Counted from the first letter of the whole stretch, positions 49,346 to 62,259 are shown. The stretch is 63,772 nt of DNA, filler included, from Reticulomyxa filosa (GCA_000512085.1; 20 parts of 20 records of this genome joined end to end with filler, not necessarily neighbours in it), one strand, 5' to 3'. Notes: generated by a model not told the origin, from the letters alone. A program made the numbers and translations.

Positions 49346-51421
49346 TTATTTGTTGGTTTGGTTGCTTGCTTGTTTTAAGCCAAAACCCATGTTCGTGTTG
49401 TTTATCTTCAGAATTGTACACTTTCTTTCTGTAAAATGTTTGTTGAGATTCTTTTTGTCATCGGAATCAGTTTTTTGAATCCAATGATATTTTTTGCGGT
49501 GGGTTTTTTTTAGCCGTTTGTCGTGATTTTCGTCATTGTCATTGTTGTTATTACTATGATTGTGGTTGTGGTTATTGTTCATGTAGTCTTTATTGTCATC
49601 ATTTGCAGGGCTATTGCTATTATTGGTATTCGTATTTAATATTATTAACGTTAATATTTGCATTTGCATTTGTGTTTGTGTTTGTGTAGTGGTTGTAATT
49701 ATTGTTGTCAGTCACATTGTTTAATTTGGTTGGATCCGTTTTCAAGTTGCTGTCTTTCTTGGAAATGGTAATTCCTTGCATGCCAATTGTAATTCCTGCA
49801 TTCAATCCTATTTGGTTTCTCCGCGCCGATTTTAGCCCAGGGTTGTCGCACTCGCCCATCCCTGATCCAATGTCCATTCTCCCGCTCATGCCTTGTCCCA
49901 TTCCCATGTCCATGGTATATGTTTGCGGTATGTGGAACCGATTCCGTTTATTGTTTGCGGATGCACCGGCTGAATTACTGACCAGTAAATCGCATTACCA
50001 TTGCTGCTATTGTGATTCTGCTCATTCAAATGGATCGTGGACTTCTTCACTTGTGCTCGCGTTGGAGTTTGCTCATTCTCTGTTTGTTGCTCCCAATGGA
50101 TTGGAAATACCAAACTTTATCTTTTTTTTTTTTTTAAAAAAGGATAAAGTGTTTTAATTTTATTTTCAATGTTTTTAGTTTTACTTACATAAACAAATAA
50201 ATATAAATATAAACACAATATAAATAAATACATATACACGTGTGTATACATATATATAAACGTAAACAACTAACTAACTGCTTTCAAAGTTTTCAAGGTC
50301 CAATTGTATGTTGGTGTTTTTGAAACAGCCTTTGGAATAAACCGAGTAAGTACTGATAATCTGATCTATGTTCAAATCTCAACTCCCGACAGTACTTTAG
50401 GTATTGAGAGCATTCTTGTGGCAAGTCCTCGCACAACTCTTGAACCGACGTTTTTTGTTTCATCGTCGCAATTTGAGAATATTTTTATTTGCTTTTCGCC
50501 TAAGTGCAATACATTTTTTAAAAAAAATTATTACTAAAAAAAAAAAAAAAGATTGATCAGTTCATTTACTTAAACAAACAAACAAAATATAAATATTACA
50601 ATAAACACACTTTAAGTCCTTGCCAAGGCAGCTTGCCTTGCTTGATGAAATATAATAACACATAACTCAACGTTTTCAAGTCGACTCTGCAGGCTTGTCC
50701 GTGTCCTAAGTGCGTATTAACACCCGCATACCGTGCCGTTCCGGTGAGTGATTTCCCCTTCACGAACGGGAAATGTTTACCTGTCTTTGGAACGATACAT
50801 TGTTTTGCTAGCTCAAAATCGATCACGTAAACCTTTTCTAATTATTTGAATATGCATACATATACATATATACAAATAATATTTTTTTAGCAACATTTAT
50901 CACAACCACAAGTTGCAGGTGTACATGTACATTTCCCCCTTTTTTTCTTTTCCCTTCAACTGACAATGTTTTAAGTATACGGTTTTTTTTTTAAAAAAGA
51001 AACCAAGAGAAAGAGGAGAATGGAACGAGGGAAGCAGGAAAAAAATGCTTGATGAGTGTTTTTTTTAGTCACACATAAAAGTGTTGGGGTATTTCTCTCT
51101 TTTTATAAACAAACAGTTCGTAGCGAAAAACGTCGATCACAGTAGTTGAAAAGATCTTCTAAACTTGGGCCTAACATCTCCATCACTAACGCGTTGAATT
51201 CTCCTTCTTGTCCGAACCATTTTACTGCTGGCACTCCTTGACTTCCTTTCAAAATTTTGTAAGTCTTATGCTCGTATTGCAGTTCGGGAAGTTGTGTTCG
51301 CCTTTTCCAACTTCACTGCTCCTGTTGTCACATGCTCGCTTTCATGAATCACTCCAAAACTTCCACTTTCCCATCCAATATATATATATTGTCCGTGGGC
51401 GACCCGGATTTCAAATGCCAT
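49346..51421 (-). pseudogene. Casein kinase 1 pseudogene with introns retained
   Basis: [51 protein letters not shown]; frameshifts, and DFG changed to DFE. Confidence 0.85.
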
Positions 51422-51559
51422 ATGATCGCAAAAAAAAGGGACAAGTGCACTTTGAGGTTTTCCACTGTCAATAAACACGTCATGACGTTATCGAAAGTAC
51501 TTACCGGTGCATTTTTTTGTAAACTAAAAGTTTTGCACAGCACAATTTAAAAATGCAAA

Positions 51560-53800
51560 CTGACTCGCGCGTCTGGACAAATCGTCCATTTTCGACGATG
51601 TGGATAGTTGAGTTCAAAGGCTTTTGTCAAATCTTGCGATTGGCCTAATTCGATTTCGGAGCGCAGTTTTTCCTCGAAGATGTAATATAGGCTGCTATAT
51701 GATTAATGATTTCGATAATTTCGACGATTTCGGAACGCTTTATAAAATACCTGCCTTTTGCCCTGTAAGCAAGAAATTCTGAAATGATTGGTATCTCAAT
51801 GGACACAATAGCAATGTACTTTACCTTGCTGGTCCGTCCTCTCGTATCAACAGCACATGATCGTCGATCTTCAGATGTTTCAGCGATTCTTGTTTTGGTG
51901 TTTGCTCAAGTTTTACTTCACGTTGACCAGTTTGATTGGAGCTGCTTCTACTTTTGATCAATGTGACAACCCCTTTCTTCACTCAAATGCAACAAAACGT
52001 GATCTCCTTCTTCTTCTTCTTCTTCTTCTTTGAACAATGACTCTGCCTCGGACTTGAATGACAGCACTTGCAACACTGACTGTCGTTGAGTGAACAAGCC
52101 CCTTCCCATTTTGGTTTGAAATCGAGTCTGTCCATGGAATGTTCTGTCGTTGGCATTGGAATCACACGTGTTCAACTCCACTCTAATGAGGGGGAGTCAC
52201 TTGAGCCGTTGCCTGTCTCCATGCCAATATATTTGACAACGCTGGCGCCTCCTTCTGCCAACAGGATGTGGTCTCTGACGCTCAAGTGGACGTCGTGCTT
52301 GACGCTATGGCGTGGCCAGCTTGAATGAGCCACAAATTCGCGATTCGACTGCATATCGCCGCATACAAGCTAAGTTCGGATAATTGCAGGAACACTTTGT
52401 CAATACATCCTGCATTCACATTTCTTTTCTCTTCTTTTCAAAACAAAACAAAATCTTTTCAGTGCTTATGCCTTTGTCCTCCAAATCTTCCATCACCACC
52501 ATTTACAATAGGCTCAAATGGCTCCAATTCAACAATTGGCATATCTAATACAATATGGAAATATAAATATATTTATATATGTATATATATTCTTTTTGGA
52601 TATATAGTGGTAAAGTAGCTGTTGTCATTGTGATTTTTCATATTGAATTCGTCCAATTCAATGCCTAACCAACTGTCTTTCCCAATAGATTTGATCACAC
52701 CTGCAAAAAGTCAACAGATTGTTTTTTTAAGCTGTTAAAAAATTGATATACAATTCAATAAATTAAAAAGTGGAAAAAAAGGGATCACAATATGACATAT
52801 GCATGTGTTTATGTACATTATGTGTACATTATTTATACTTATGTTTACATAACATGTAAATATATTTTAAAAAACACCATTTCTATTATTATTCAATTCG
52901 ACTCGATTACCGACGACATAGTCACGAGTACTTAAGTAGTATGCATCATTGTAGTAATCTCTTTTACAATCTTGCACTTGCCAGATCATCGACGGCTGGT
53001 TCATATCATTGTTATCTAAAGTGGGATAGCTTTTTGCGATTTGGTCCAATGTAGCTTTGTTCACGAATTCATTTGAAAAGATATGCGAAGGGACCGGTTC
53101 GTGGTGTCTCCTTGTTACACTTTTGTCTTCATTCTGCTCGTCCAGCTGCACAAAATTTTCAAAATCCGTTGACATTGTCATCGGCCCTTTCGACAGTTTC
53201 AAAATACCTCTCGCTTGGAGTATGATGTAGTTTTGACGCACACTCAACCGTCGCTGTAGCGTATCCGTCACTGATCGGATTCCTTTTTTCGTCAAATTTA
53301 CTTTGGAGGGTCTTGATTCAAAAACAACTGCAAATTTTGTCGGAGTTCATTAAATTGACTTCTCTTCACGATTGGGGATTCTATGAGAGAATCTTTTTTT
53401 ATTTTATTTTTTTAATGATAGGTCAGAGTTTTTAAAAATAAATAAATTATATTTGCTAATCCGATTCCTCTCCCACTCATACAACGTTCAGAAGTTATAA
53501 TGCTTGTTCCAATAGTAGTAAGTTGAAGATTTACATGTTTTGATAATGAATCGTCGTGTTGATTGTATTGTACACCTACCTGTGATTTTTTATCTATTTT
53601 CTTGTGTTTGATATAAAACATTCTCCCATTGATGATAATTCCGAAAAAGAGGGACTTCTTTCTTTTTCGGCAATTGTTTTAGTTTTACAGAGAAGTGCAT
53701 TGGAGACGGAATCCTCAAAAGCGAGCTTCATGTTGTATATTTTTGGCTTGCTAGGCTGTTTGAAGAGAGAAGAATCAAACCACATTTGTAATGTTCAAGA
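51560..53800 (-). pseudogene. Degenerate multi-CAP-Gly-domain gene
   Basis: VVGNRVEL..G|VIKSIG..WLGIELDE; VRDHILL..VVKYIG..ELN..NDRTFHGQTRF..GRGLF; frameshifts. Confidence 0.7.
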
Positions 53801-53999
53801 GAACTTTTTCTAAAAAGGGAAAACTTTTTCTCTGAAAGAGAAAAATCATTAATCAAAAAAAATAATCATCTATTCAAAAAAAAAAAATTTGTTAATGTTC
53901 AATTATCTGCTTTTGGAATCAAATGTAGAATCACAAATGAAATAATATACAAAAATTTTAACAATTCTTTTTTTCCAATTTATTTTGTCAAAATATTCC
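53640..53999 (+). repeat. Dispersed repeat homologous to 60895-61230
   Basis: Colinear shared blocks, e.g. catgttgtata, tgtttgaaga, aatcaaatgtagaa, aaatgaaataatatacaaaaatt, ttttgtcaaaatattc. Confidence 0.88.
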
Positions 54000-54099
54000 N
54001 NNNNNNNNNNNNNNNNNNNNNNNNNNNNNNNNNNNNNNNNNNNTTAATTAATTAANNNNNNNNNNNNNNNNNNNNNNNNNNNNNNNNNNNNNNNNNNNN

Positions 54100-55945
54100 C
54101 CAAATCACTTCTTCCTTTGTTCCAAACAATCCAACTGGATGAATTTTCAAATGTTTTAAATCATCCATGTTAATTTTGGAGGCACTTTCAGTAGATATAA
54201 TCGGTTTGCCTCCAATGAAATTCACAAACTTTTCCAAATGGTCCGAATTTAGCACTGGTTTAAATGCCAACACACTGTCTTGAACCTCGGATATAAACTG
54301 TTGCAACGTGAATACGATGAACTGATCATCGTAAAATCCACTTGCATGCTTGTAAGTTCGACCTCGCTTTTGTTCATCAGCAAACATAAGCAAATCCACT
54401 TTCACTGTCCGTAACATTTGTTCAAATGGATTAGCAAAGGTGTCATTGATTTGGTTCTCATCGGCATTGTTTTTGTTTTCAATCACCATTGTTAATGTCT
54501 GTTCGACCAAATATAACTTTTTTTGCACCAATGTCACTGCGGCTGTGTCCACACTGCCGCAAATATCAAATATTTGCTTTTGTTCCTCTTCTTTTGTTTC
54601 TTCATCTTTTCCGGCCATCTCTTTCACTTCGAATCCGCACAACCCAAGGAAGATGCGCTCGATCTCAAATTCCTCTGAACTGTGATTCCATACATACACA
54701 CATGCAAAGTACATCAAATCAAAAGACCGATTTCATTAAAGATTGCTGACATTTAGAGTCATCTCAACAAGAATTATATTTTTTTATTGCAATTGCAAAA
54801 AAAAAAGAAATAAAACGGAGTTGGTTTTCGCTACGTACCCTTGTGCCTTCATGTCTCCCAGAGTGCCTTTTAATTTCTGAAAGTACTCCTCAAATTTACC
54901 GCTGCCTAAATTTTCTAAAGTATTTTCAAATCTTGGACGGTAGTGCTTTCGATGGCTTTCTTGAATCTTGGACAAACGAATACCAATATCTTTCAATGTA
55001 GTTTCTACTTTCAACTCTAATTTTTCTACTTGCAACTCCTCTTCCGATATAGTCACATTGATGCTACTTGTTTCTTTTTCTTCATTCGTGATAGCACTTT
55101 CAATATCCATCGTTACATCGACCTTGATTTCTGCTTCCATTTCCTTCATTTCTTTTTCTTTTTCTTCTTTTTTGTCTTCACTTTTTTCTTGCAACTCTCG
55201 CACTGCAGTTTGGAAAGCACGAGCAAAGTCGAGCTTTGGCGAACACTTTTTGCACAAATCTTCCAATTCGGAGTCGCTTTTTGATACGAGTTCACGGTTA
55301 CTTTTTATGCCATGTTTCATTAACTCTTGACTAAAGTTTCCAAAACCGTTGTTTTGACACCATTGCTATATTACATAGGATTTTTTTAAAAAACAGTAGC
55401 TCCGAAATTTGTGGAAAGAAAATCAAACAGTTGCAATGATGGGTAACTTCAAATCCAATTTTTTGTTGCTGCTCTAAAATCAAAGTTTTAAATTTGCGCA
55501 AATGTCCTGTTTTCATTCCAGCTGCTTTACCAATATTATCCAATTCATTTTCTGTTTTGCTTAAAAACATTTTTGGATTAGTATAACCTGCTTTGATCAG
55601 TGCATCTTTAAACTGGACAATATTACAATCTTCGCAGAATTTCTTTTACAACAACAAATATTCAGAAGACTGTTACAAAAATCGAGTCATAGAAGCAAAA
55701 AAATACATTTAAAACTTGAAATAAAATACTAAACTTGCATATCATCCACAGCGAGTACATTAATTGCAAAAACAAGATTTGAATTTATCTTTTTCTTCAT
55801 TGGATAGAAGCAGTATTTTGCAGATTTCATCAAAATCTGCCTTTAAACCCTCCTTGTCGGTAATTCCTTCTTCAATAATCGCCTGGACATATTTTTCAAA
55901 GCCATTTTGTTTTAACCAGTCTGCAAAACCGCTTCCTGTTGCCAT
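54100..55945 (-). CDS. Large protein with three N-terminal SAM-like domains, multi-exon, 3' partial
   Basis: FADWLKQNGFEKYVQAIIEEGI; ALIKAGY..ELDNIG..GMKTGHLRKF; LMKHGI..SDSELEDLC..ARAFQTAV. Confidence 0.7.
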
Positions 55946-56389
55946 GGTTGCAGTACAACGTTTAACTGAAGCTTCTTGACCCAACTTCAAGCTGACTCTC
56001 TCAAAGGTACCACGTTTTGTCGAAACTTAAAATCTCTTTTCGAATTATTTCAACAAAGTAACATGTATATCCAACAATAATTTTATTTTTTTCTAATAAT
56101 TCTTTAAAAATGAACCCAAAAATGTATTATTCAGTTTTATTTTTACTATTCAAAAGAAATGGCAGTGATTGCTTGAGAAATCGCAACAAAATATCGACCG
56201 CTTGTAAAAGGGGCAATATTGATGGTATCATACAAAACAAATTACAAATTATTGTGTCAAGAAAAAAAAAATAAATTGAAATAACTTCAATCAGAATTGT
56301 TGATTGTTTAGATTAACTTATTTGTTGCAATAGTTTTGAGCCGCAAGTTTGGAGGCTCACCGAGTTTGACGGAGAAGGAAAAAATTGAA

Positions 56390-56575
56390 AACTGAACTTG
56401 CATTAGAGAGGAGCATCTGTGTTGTGAGACAGCGTTTTGGATGGTCCTTTTTCTGTCAGTTAATGACAACATAGTACAAATTTCACCAAGATCCATCTTT
56501 AAACTCTCCAGTCTTTTATTCCTCTGTTTTGAGCAATTGTCTGCATAGTCCTTAAAGCCTTTTGTACAGACAAAA
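56390..56575 (-). pseudogene. Decayed duplicate of the first SAM exon
   Basis: GLKMDLGEICTMLSL-like segment resembles GLKADFDEICKILLL; frameshifted. Confidence 0.5.
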
Positions 56576-58234
56576 TCAAAGAGTGGCTATTCGTAATGTG
56601 TGAGATTTTTCTAAGTAAAATCAGTCGTTGCTTTTTCGAGACTTAATCCGTCAATATATTTTGTTTGTATGAAAATCACTCTGATACCGAGAAGGATATT
56701 CGTGTACCAATATTTAATATGCCAAATGCTTTCAGATAAAAATCAAACATTTGTTTTAAGCCATCCAAAAGAGTCAAACAACAAACTCAAGAAATACTTA
56801 CATTTTTTGATTTGTTTGAGGGTCTTAAGGGAACAAAAAAAGGAACGAATGAACCAACACAAACTCAAGCAAAAGAAAAAACAAAAAGTTTTTGCAGCGT
56901 TGAAGGCAGTTGCAAATGGCACACTTGGCTTGAGAGCTGCCAATCAATCTCTTGTAATCTGTGTGCTGCTTGTGTCACATAATTCGTTTTTTTAATATTT
57001 TTGGCAATGCAAACTATTTTTTTTTTATAATTTGGTTGTATTTTCAAGTCTAACATGTTATCGCTAAATTTCTAAGGCAAACGCAACTTGTAGCTATATG
57101 CACTGTTATTGTTAGGTTGACAGTTCAAGTGAGGAAAAGTCATCCCCTTTTGCAAACATAGGCAAACTGAATACTAGATACCACTCTGATAATGGAGTTA
57201 TTACAACATTAATCAACAAAGTCAATATTTTTATTTATCAAAAAAGTTCTCAAACGTGCACACATGAGTACTATATTATTTTTTTGTTTGATTTAATTGC
57301 TTCATTCCACACGACTTTTTTGATTGGCTCGAAACGTCATCAATCTTTCTTCATTCAATGCCTTTTTATATATCGATACTCAATCCTAAAGTATGTCTGT
57401 TAGCAAAGTGAGATACGAGACTGTAGATTTAACAATAAATAAAAATGCCGCTGCTGTCAAGACCAGTTTGAAGCTCAAATTTAAGAGGTCGCCAGGGTCG
57501 ATGACATGATCTATGCTAAATGACGATAATGCCAACATTTCAATGCACGACATTATGAAAAACACAAGTTCCACATGGTGGTTCCAATCGACGCTGTATC
57601 TTCAATCTAACAATATTCAATTTGACCAGTTGTTTATGTCTTATGTTCCAGCTTTTTTTCCCTCCACCTTCATCTTCGTATCAATCTCATTTCAATTGTG
57701 CCATCCTTGATTTAGTTCAACTCCCCGACGAGAAAGGCATATTTGCCATTGGCAACGAGAGGGAGGGGTAAAAGTACGATTCGAGTAACAAAAGGGCAAT
57801 GCAGCTCACGAAACTAAGGAAAAAAAACAACTAAACCTGAGGATAATCATCGGATAAGTGTAGATCCGCGTTATTCCGTCGTTGACGAATGGGATATGGA
57901 AGTTGCTAGTATTGAATTGTATCAAACTAACGCTGGGAGCAATCGCAGTTCTACAACTGCGAAAATGGTTTCTACGTAATTCGGGGATCATTACTACATC
58001 CAAGTCTTGTCATTTCATATACGCCCACACCCCCACACACCAACATACAGATATAACAACATATACTTGTGTATGCATGTATATGTATACATACGTATAA
58101 GTACAAGGAATTGCTTTAGAGAGGAAACCACAAGNNNNNNNNNNNNNNNNNNNNNNNNNNNNNNNNNNNNNNNNNNNNTTAATTAATTAANNNNNNNNNN
58201 NNNNNNNNNNNNNNNNNNNNNNNNNNNNNNNNNN

Positions 58235-58740
58235 TTTTTTATCTTACTGTATTTAAATCAAACACACTAATATTATTTGAATAAGTGATAAATAATAAAT
58301 GATTGTTGCTTCCACCACCACTGCACGCGCCCCTTGATAATAATTCTAATCTCTTCCAATGACAATTGTGCGATTGTGATTGTCTGTGAAAGGAATCCAT
58401 TCATTGTAATTGTCGAATTCATTTGAGTTGCTTGATATATTATCCCAAACGCTTACATATTTCATCACTAATGTATGGCCCTTTGTATATACAGATCCAA
58501 AAGATAACAAAGTGATTTGATTACTGTCTTTGTTTTTATCTACCAGTTTCACTACACAGTGTCCTTCTAATTTAATATGAATTGGATACTTACAGACAAA
58601 CTTGTATTCATTTTTGATGGTATGATAAGAATAACAAGCACTTTCAGATCTACCTCCACAAATGAGGATTTCATGTTTATGTAACATACATTGAGATTGA
58701 GAAAGTGGAATGCGCAACTTCTTCAAATTTTGAAAGGCTT
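58235..58740 (-). pseudogene. Kelch-like family gene fragment with an in-frame stop
   Basis: SQCMLHKHEILICGG..CYSYHTIKNEYK..GHCVVKL..LLSFG..IGRD*NYQGARAV. Confidence 0.75.
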
Positions 58741-58826
58741 GGTTGTTAATGTTGAGGAACTATGAAGTAGTTTAGATTTTTTAAAGGATGAGAATAGATA
58801 AAGTAATCTTTCACTCCAAAAACTTC

Positions 58827-59087
58827 ACTTCATGAAGATGATCAATTTTCTCTATGAAAAACAACATTTAATCAATTTTAAAAAAATCTTCGAACCGTGT
58901 AGTTTTTAATATCATTTTGATTTTTTATTTTATTTTTCGAAATTTTTGAAAAAATTTAGGAAGATAAAATAAAAAATCAAAACTATATTTAAAAACTACA
59001 TTGATCGCAGACATTTTTTAAAATGAAAAAAATTTTGATTAAATGTTGTTTTTTCATATATATAGAAATCGATCATCTTCATAAAGT
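58827..59087. repeat. ~260-bp imperfect palindrome (foldback / MITE-like)
   Basis: Arms acttcatgaagatgatc..aacaacatttaatcaa..tgtagttttt..ttttgattttttattttat are mirrored around ~58948. Confidence 0.88.
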
Positions 59088-59252
59088 ACCGTTTCATGTG
59101 TCAACTTTCTTTTTTATTCTGCTGTATTTCTTGCATATTATCCAATCAAAAAAGGTGTGAAAATAAATGAAAAACGCAGTAAAAGGTGAATTAAACATTA
59201 CAGCGTTTGTGAAAAGAGAGGGGGAAAATGAACAGATATTGACAAGTAAAAA

Positions 59253-59600
59253 TCAATCAGATAAGAATTGCCACCAACACTTTTTGCTTTCAAATCTTTT
59301 CAAAAAGATCATTAGCTCTTCATTATGAAGAAAAGTTAACACGTAGAATTTGTCTTGATAAATCCCTCCATGGCCGGAAACGCGCAGTATTTTTTTCATG
59401 CGCAAGAAGTAAAAGTGTTGATTGATAAGCGCCGGGTATTTTTCATCCCGGTTTTGTGGAATGAAAGCATCACTAGAATTCATGTGACAAGCAAACAATC
59501 GATACCCATGTCGAAACACATGCACCAAATCTTTTTTCAGCACGCTTAAGTTGAGCAAAGGAGACACCGTTAAATTAATGACCGCACTGGAGCCAATATC
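59253..59600 (-). CDS. Last exon of an unidentified gene
   Basis: 104-aa open frame with coding-like composition; no family recognised. Confidence 0.4.
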   Translation of the reverse strand, partial: DIGSSAVINLTVSPLLNLSVLKKDLVHVFRHGYRLFACHMNSSDAFIPQNRDEKYPALINQHFYFLRMKKILRVSGHGGIYQDKFYVLTFLHNEELMIFLKRFESKKCWWQFLSD

Positions 59601-59719
59601 TTTTTTTTTTTTTTTTTTTNNNNNNNNNNNNNNNNNNNNNNNNNNNNNNNNNNNNNNNNNNNNTTAATTAATTAANNNNNNNNNNNNNNNNNNNNNNNNN
59701 NNNNNNNNNNNNNNNNNNN

Positions 59720-60721
59720 AAATAACAGCAACAAGCATATATAATTGTGGATGAAACGAAGAAATTGATAAAAATGAACAATTTGACATTACAAGAGTTG
59801 ACCCATCAGAGTCTTTCTTGTATGAATTTGCAATCTTTTAAAAAAATGCAACAAGAGAATTTCACATTTGAATTAGCTGATATGAAGGACAATATTATCA
59901 ATTCAGATGAAGCAGTTCAACAGTCATTTGCCATGGACGAACCTTCATTTAAAATACTTTGGAAATTAATAGTAAATGGAAAATACAAGACAATCAAGAA
60001 CGCAGTAGTTGTGATGATTACAATTAGTGAATATATTGATAACACAAAATGGCCTAATATTCCAAATCTGAAAAAAAAGAATGCTAGAAATTACCAACAA
60101 ATATTTAGAGAAGAATTAAATTATCAATTTATGAGTAATAAACATCCAAAAATGCAAAAACGTTCTGTGCAATCGTTTTTGGCCAAATTTGCCGCAAAGT
60201 ATAAACTTCATGATAGTAGTCACGAATACGATGGATTGATAATAATTATTTGCGGACACGGAGAGAATGGAAATATGTTAGTGGCGAGTGATGGAAAATC
60301 TTTATCAATTGACGAAATTTATGAATCACTTGGTTGTGATATATTGGAATCTTTCAAAGGCCTTCCAAAAATATTTATCATAGATTTACATCGTGGTGAA
60401 AACACTTCAGCTATCAATACAACAACAATGAGAGGAAAGACAGAAGAAAAGAAAGATATGAAGTTGCATGGAGATAATTATAATGAATTTCTGTTCATTT
60501 GGTTAACTACACAAAGATATGAAATTGCAGATTTTTCATTGTTGAGTAAGTGCATGAAAAGTGTCATTATATCTAAATACAAAAGTGGATATCCATTTAA
60601 ACAAATGTTGGATGATGTTCGGCAAGAGATTCGAAAAAGTAAAAATGGTGAATGGTATTGTATGGAGACACAAGACACTGCCTCATATGATATGGTTTTT
60701 GCTTCCAGAAAAAAATCATAA
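59720..60721 (+). CDS. Caspase-like (peptidase C14) protein with the catalytic Cys replaced by His; 5' partial
   Basis: NAVVVMITISEY, YDGLIIIICGHG, LVASDG, GLPKIFIIDLHRG in place of D/Q-A-C-R-G. Confidence 0.85.
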
Positions 60722-61439
60722 CTTTTTCTTTTGCATGAAGGATGCCTTCTCTGAAATATTTGTATTATCAAAATAAAAATAGTGAAAATAATTTAACCTG
60801 AATATTGTTAATCAGGAGGACCACAGTAGACAAACGTATTTTTTAGGCCGCGATGACAGCATCTTTTTTTTGAATGATGTTGGGTTTACACTGGCTCTAT
60901 TCTTTCTTTTTCAGCAGCTGTTACATTTTTGCAGAGGAATACATTGGTAAAGGAGCTCTCCATGTTGTATACGTTTGGCTTGTTAGATTGTTTGAAGATA
61001 GAAGAGCCAAAACTACCTTTGTAATGTCTAAGAGAACTTTTTAAAACTTTTTCTCTGGAAGGGAAAAGTCATTACTCAAGAAAAAGTAAGGATTCGCTCC
61101 AAAAAAATAATTTTAATTTCAATTATCTATAATTAATCCTTTTTTTGAAATCAAATGTAGAACCAAAAATGAAATAATATACAAAAATTGTAACAATTAT
61201 TTTTTTCAAGTGTTTTGTCAAAATATTCAAAAAAATTACAAATTTAAATCTTTTTTAATAAATATATATGAGTTGTGCGTTTACGTCTTGCTTAAGAAAA
61301 AGGTCTTTTTTTTTTCTTTGGTTGTTTCTTCTAGTACCAGTCCTAATTCGGGTGATATTTGCACTCTTCAAACAACACTGGTACTTCTTTTTTTCTTTTT
61401 TTAATTAATTTCGCAACTTAAATGACTGTTTTGTTTTTT

Positions 61440-62250
61440 TTTTAAACAGACTGCGCATTTTGATAAAAAATGATTGTTTTTTTATTTGGATGCTTTGCAT
61501 CTGTCAGTAAAAGAAAATAATAATTGAATATGGGGTAAGGCCCCCCGTCTCCGCAAGGAGTAATAAAGGTTTGTTGTGTATATATATATATATTTTTTGA
61601 TATAATTAACTTTGTGTTTTTGAATAACAGCCTCAACCCGTCCAAAAAAAAGTATGTTCACGTCCTCATCATATACAAAGAAAAACTTTGGGGTTGAAGC
61701 CAATCCGCATTCCAAAAAAAATAAAAGAGTTTGTAATTTTTTTTATTTATATGTTGTTTTTTTTTAAAATGTTGTATGATTGTAAATAGGCATGCCCCCA
61801 TAAAAAAAAATTCTATGTACAATCTCTACGTTAAAAAAAAGAAAAAAAATATGTCATTGTAATTGGTGCTTTAGCTCCATTGCAAAAGTGTGTTTTTTTG
61901 GTTTTTTCTTTAAAAATGAAAAAATTATTCAATTTGTGAATTTGTTCATATGAAACAAGAACAATGAACGATTGTAAAGTTTTTTGTTTGTTTTTTATTT
62001 TTGTTTGAGATTATATGGATATGGGAAAAAAGGGGGAAATGTGGAAAGGGAGAAAATTGAGGGAAAACTTTGTTTAAGAAAAATGAAAAAAAAAAAGAAT
62101 GACAAAATAGAAAAAAAAAGATCAAAAAAATGTAAGAAAAGAAAAAGAGAAAGAAAAAAAAATGGAAAAAAGGTTAATTGAAAAAAAATTGAAAAAAAAA
62201 GATTATAAGGAGGAAAAAAAAAAGAGTAAAAATGAAAAAAAAAAATGTGG
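61440..62250 (+). repeat. Copy 3 of the hairpin-containing dispersed element plus A-rich tract
   Basis: gatgctttgcatc, tggggtaaggccccccgtctccgcaaggag, gcctcaaccc..gggttgaagc, taggcatgccccca, aattggtgctttagctcc. Confidence 0.9.
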
Positions 62251-62259
62251 AAATGCGCA

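Noticed and set aside
57386-58003. Gene call for a coding-like region
   Set aside because: Multiple stops and no family recognised; cannot be supported
61440-61900. Group II intron, hammerhead ribozyme, tRNA or rRNA identity for the hairpin element
   Set aside because: No domain V consensus, CTGATGA..GAAA core, cloverleaf or rRNA signature was visible by eye
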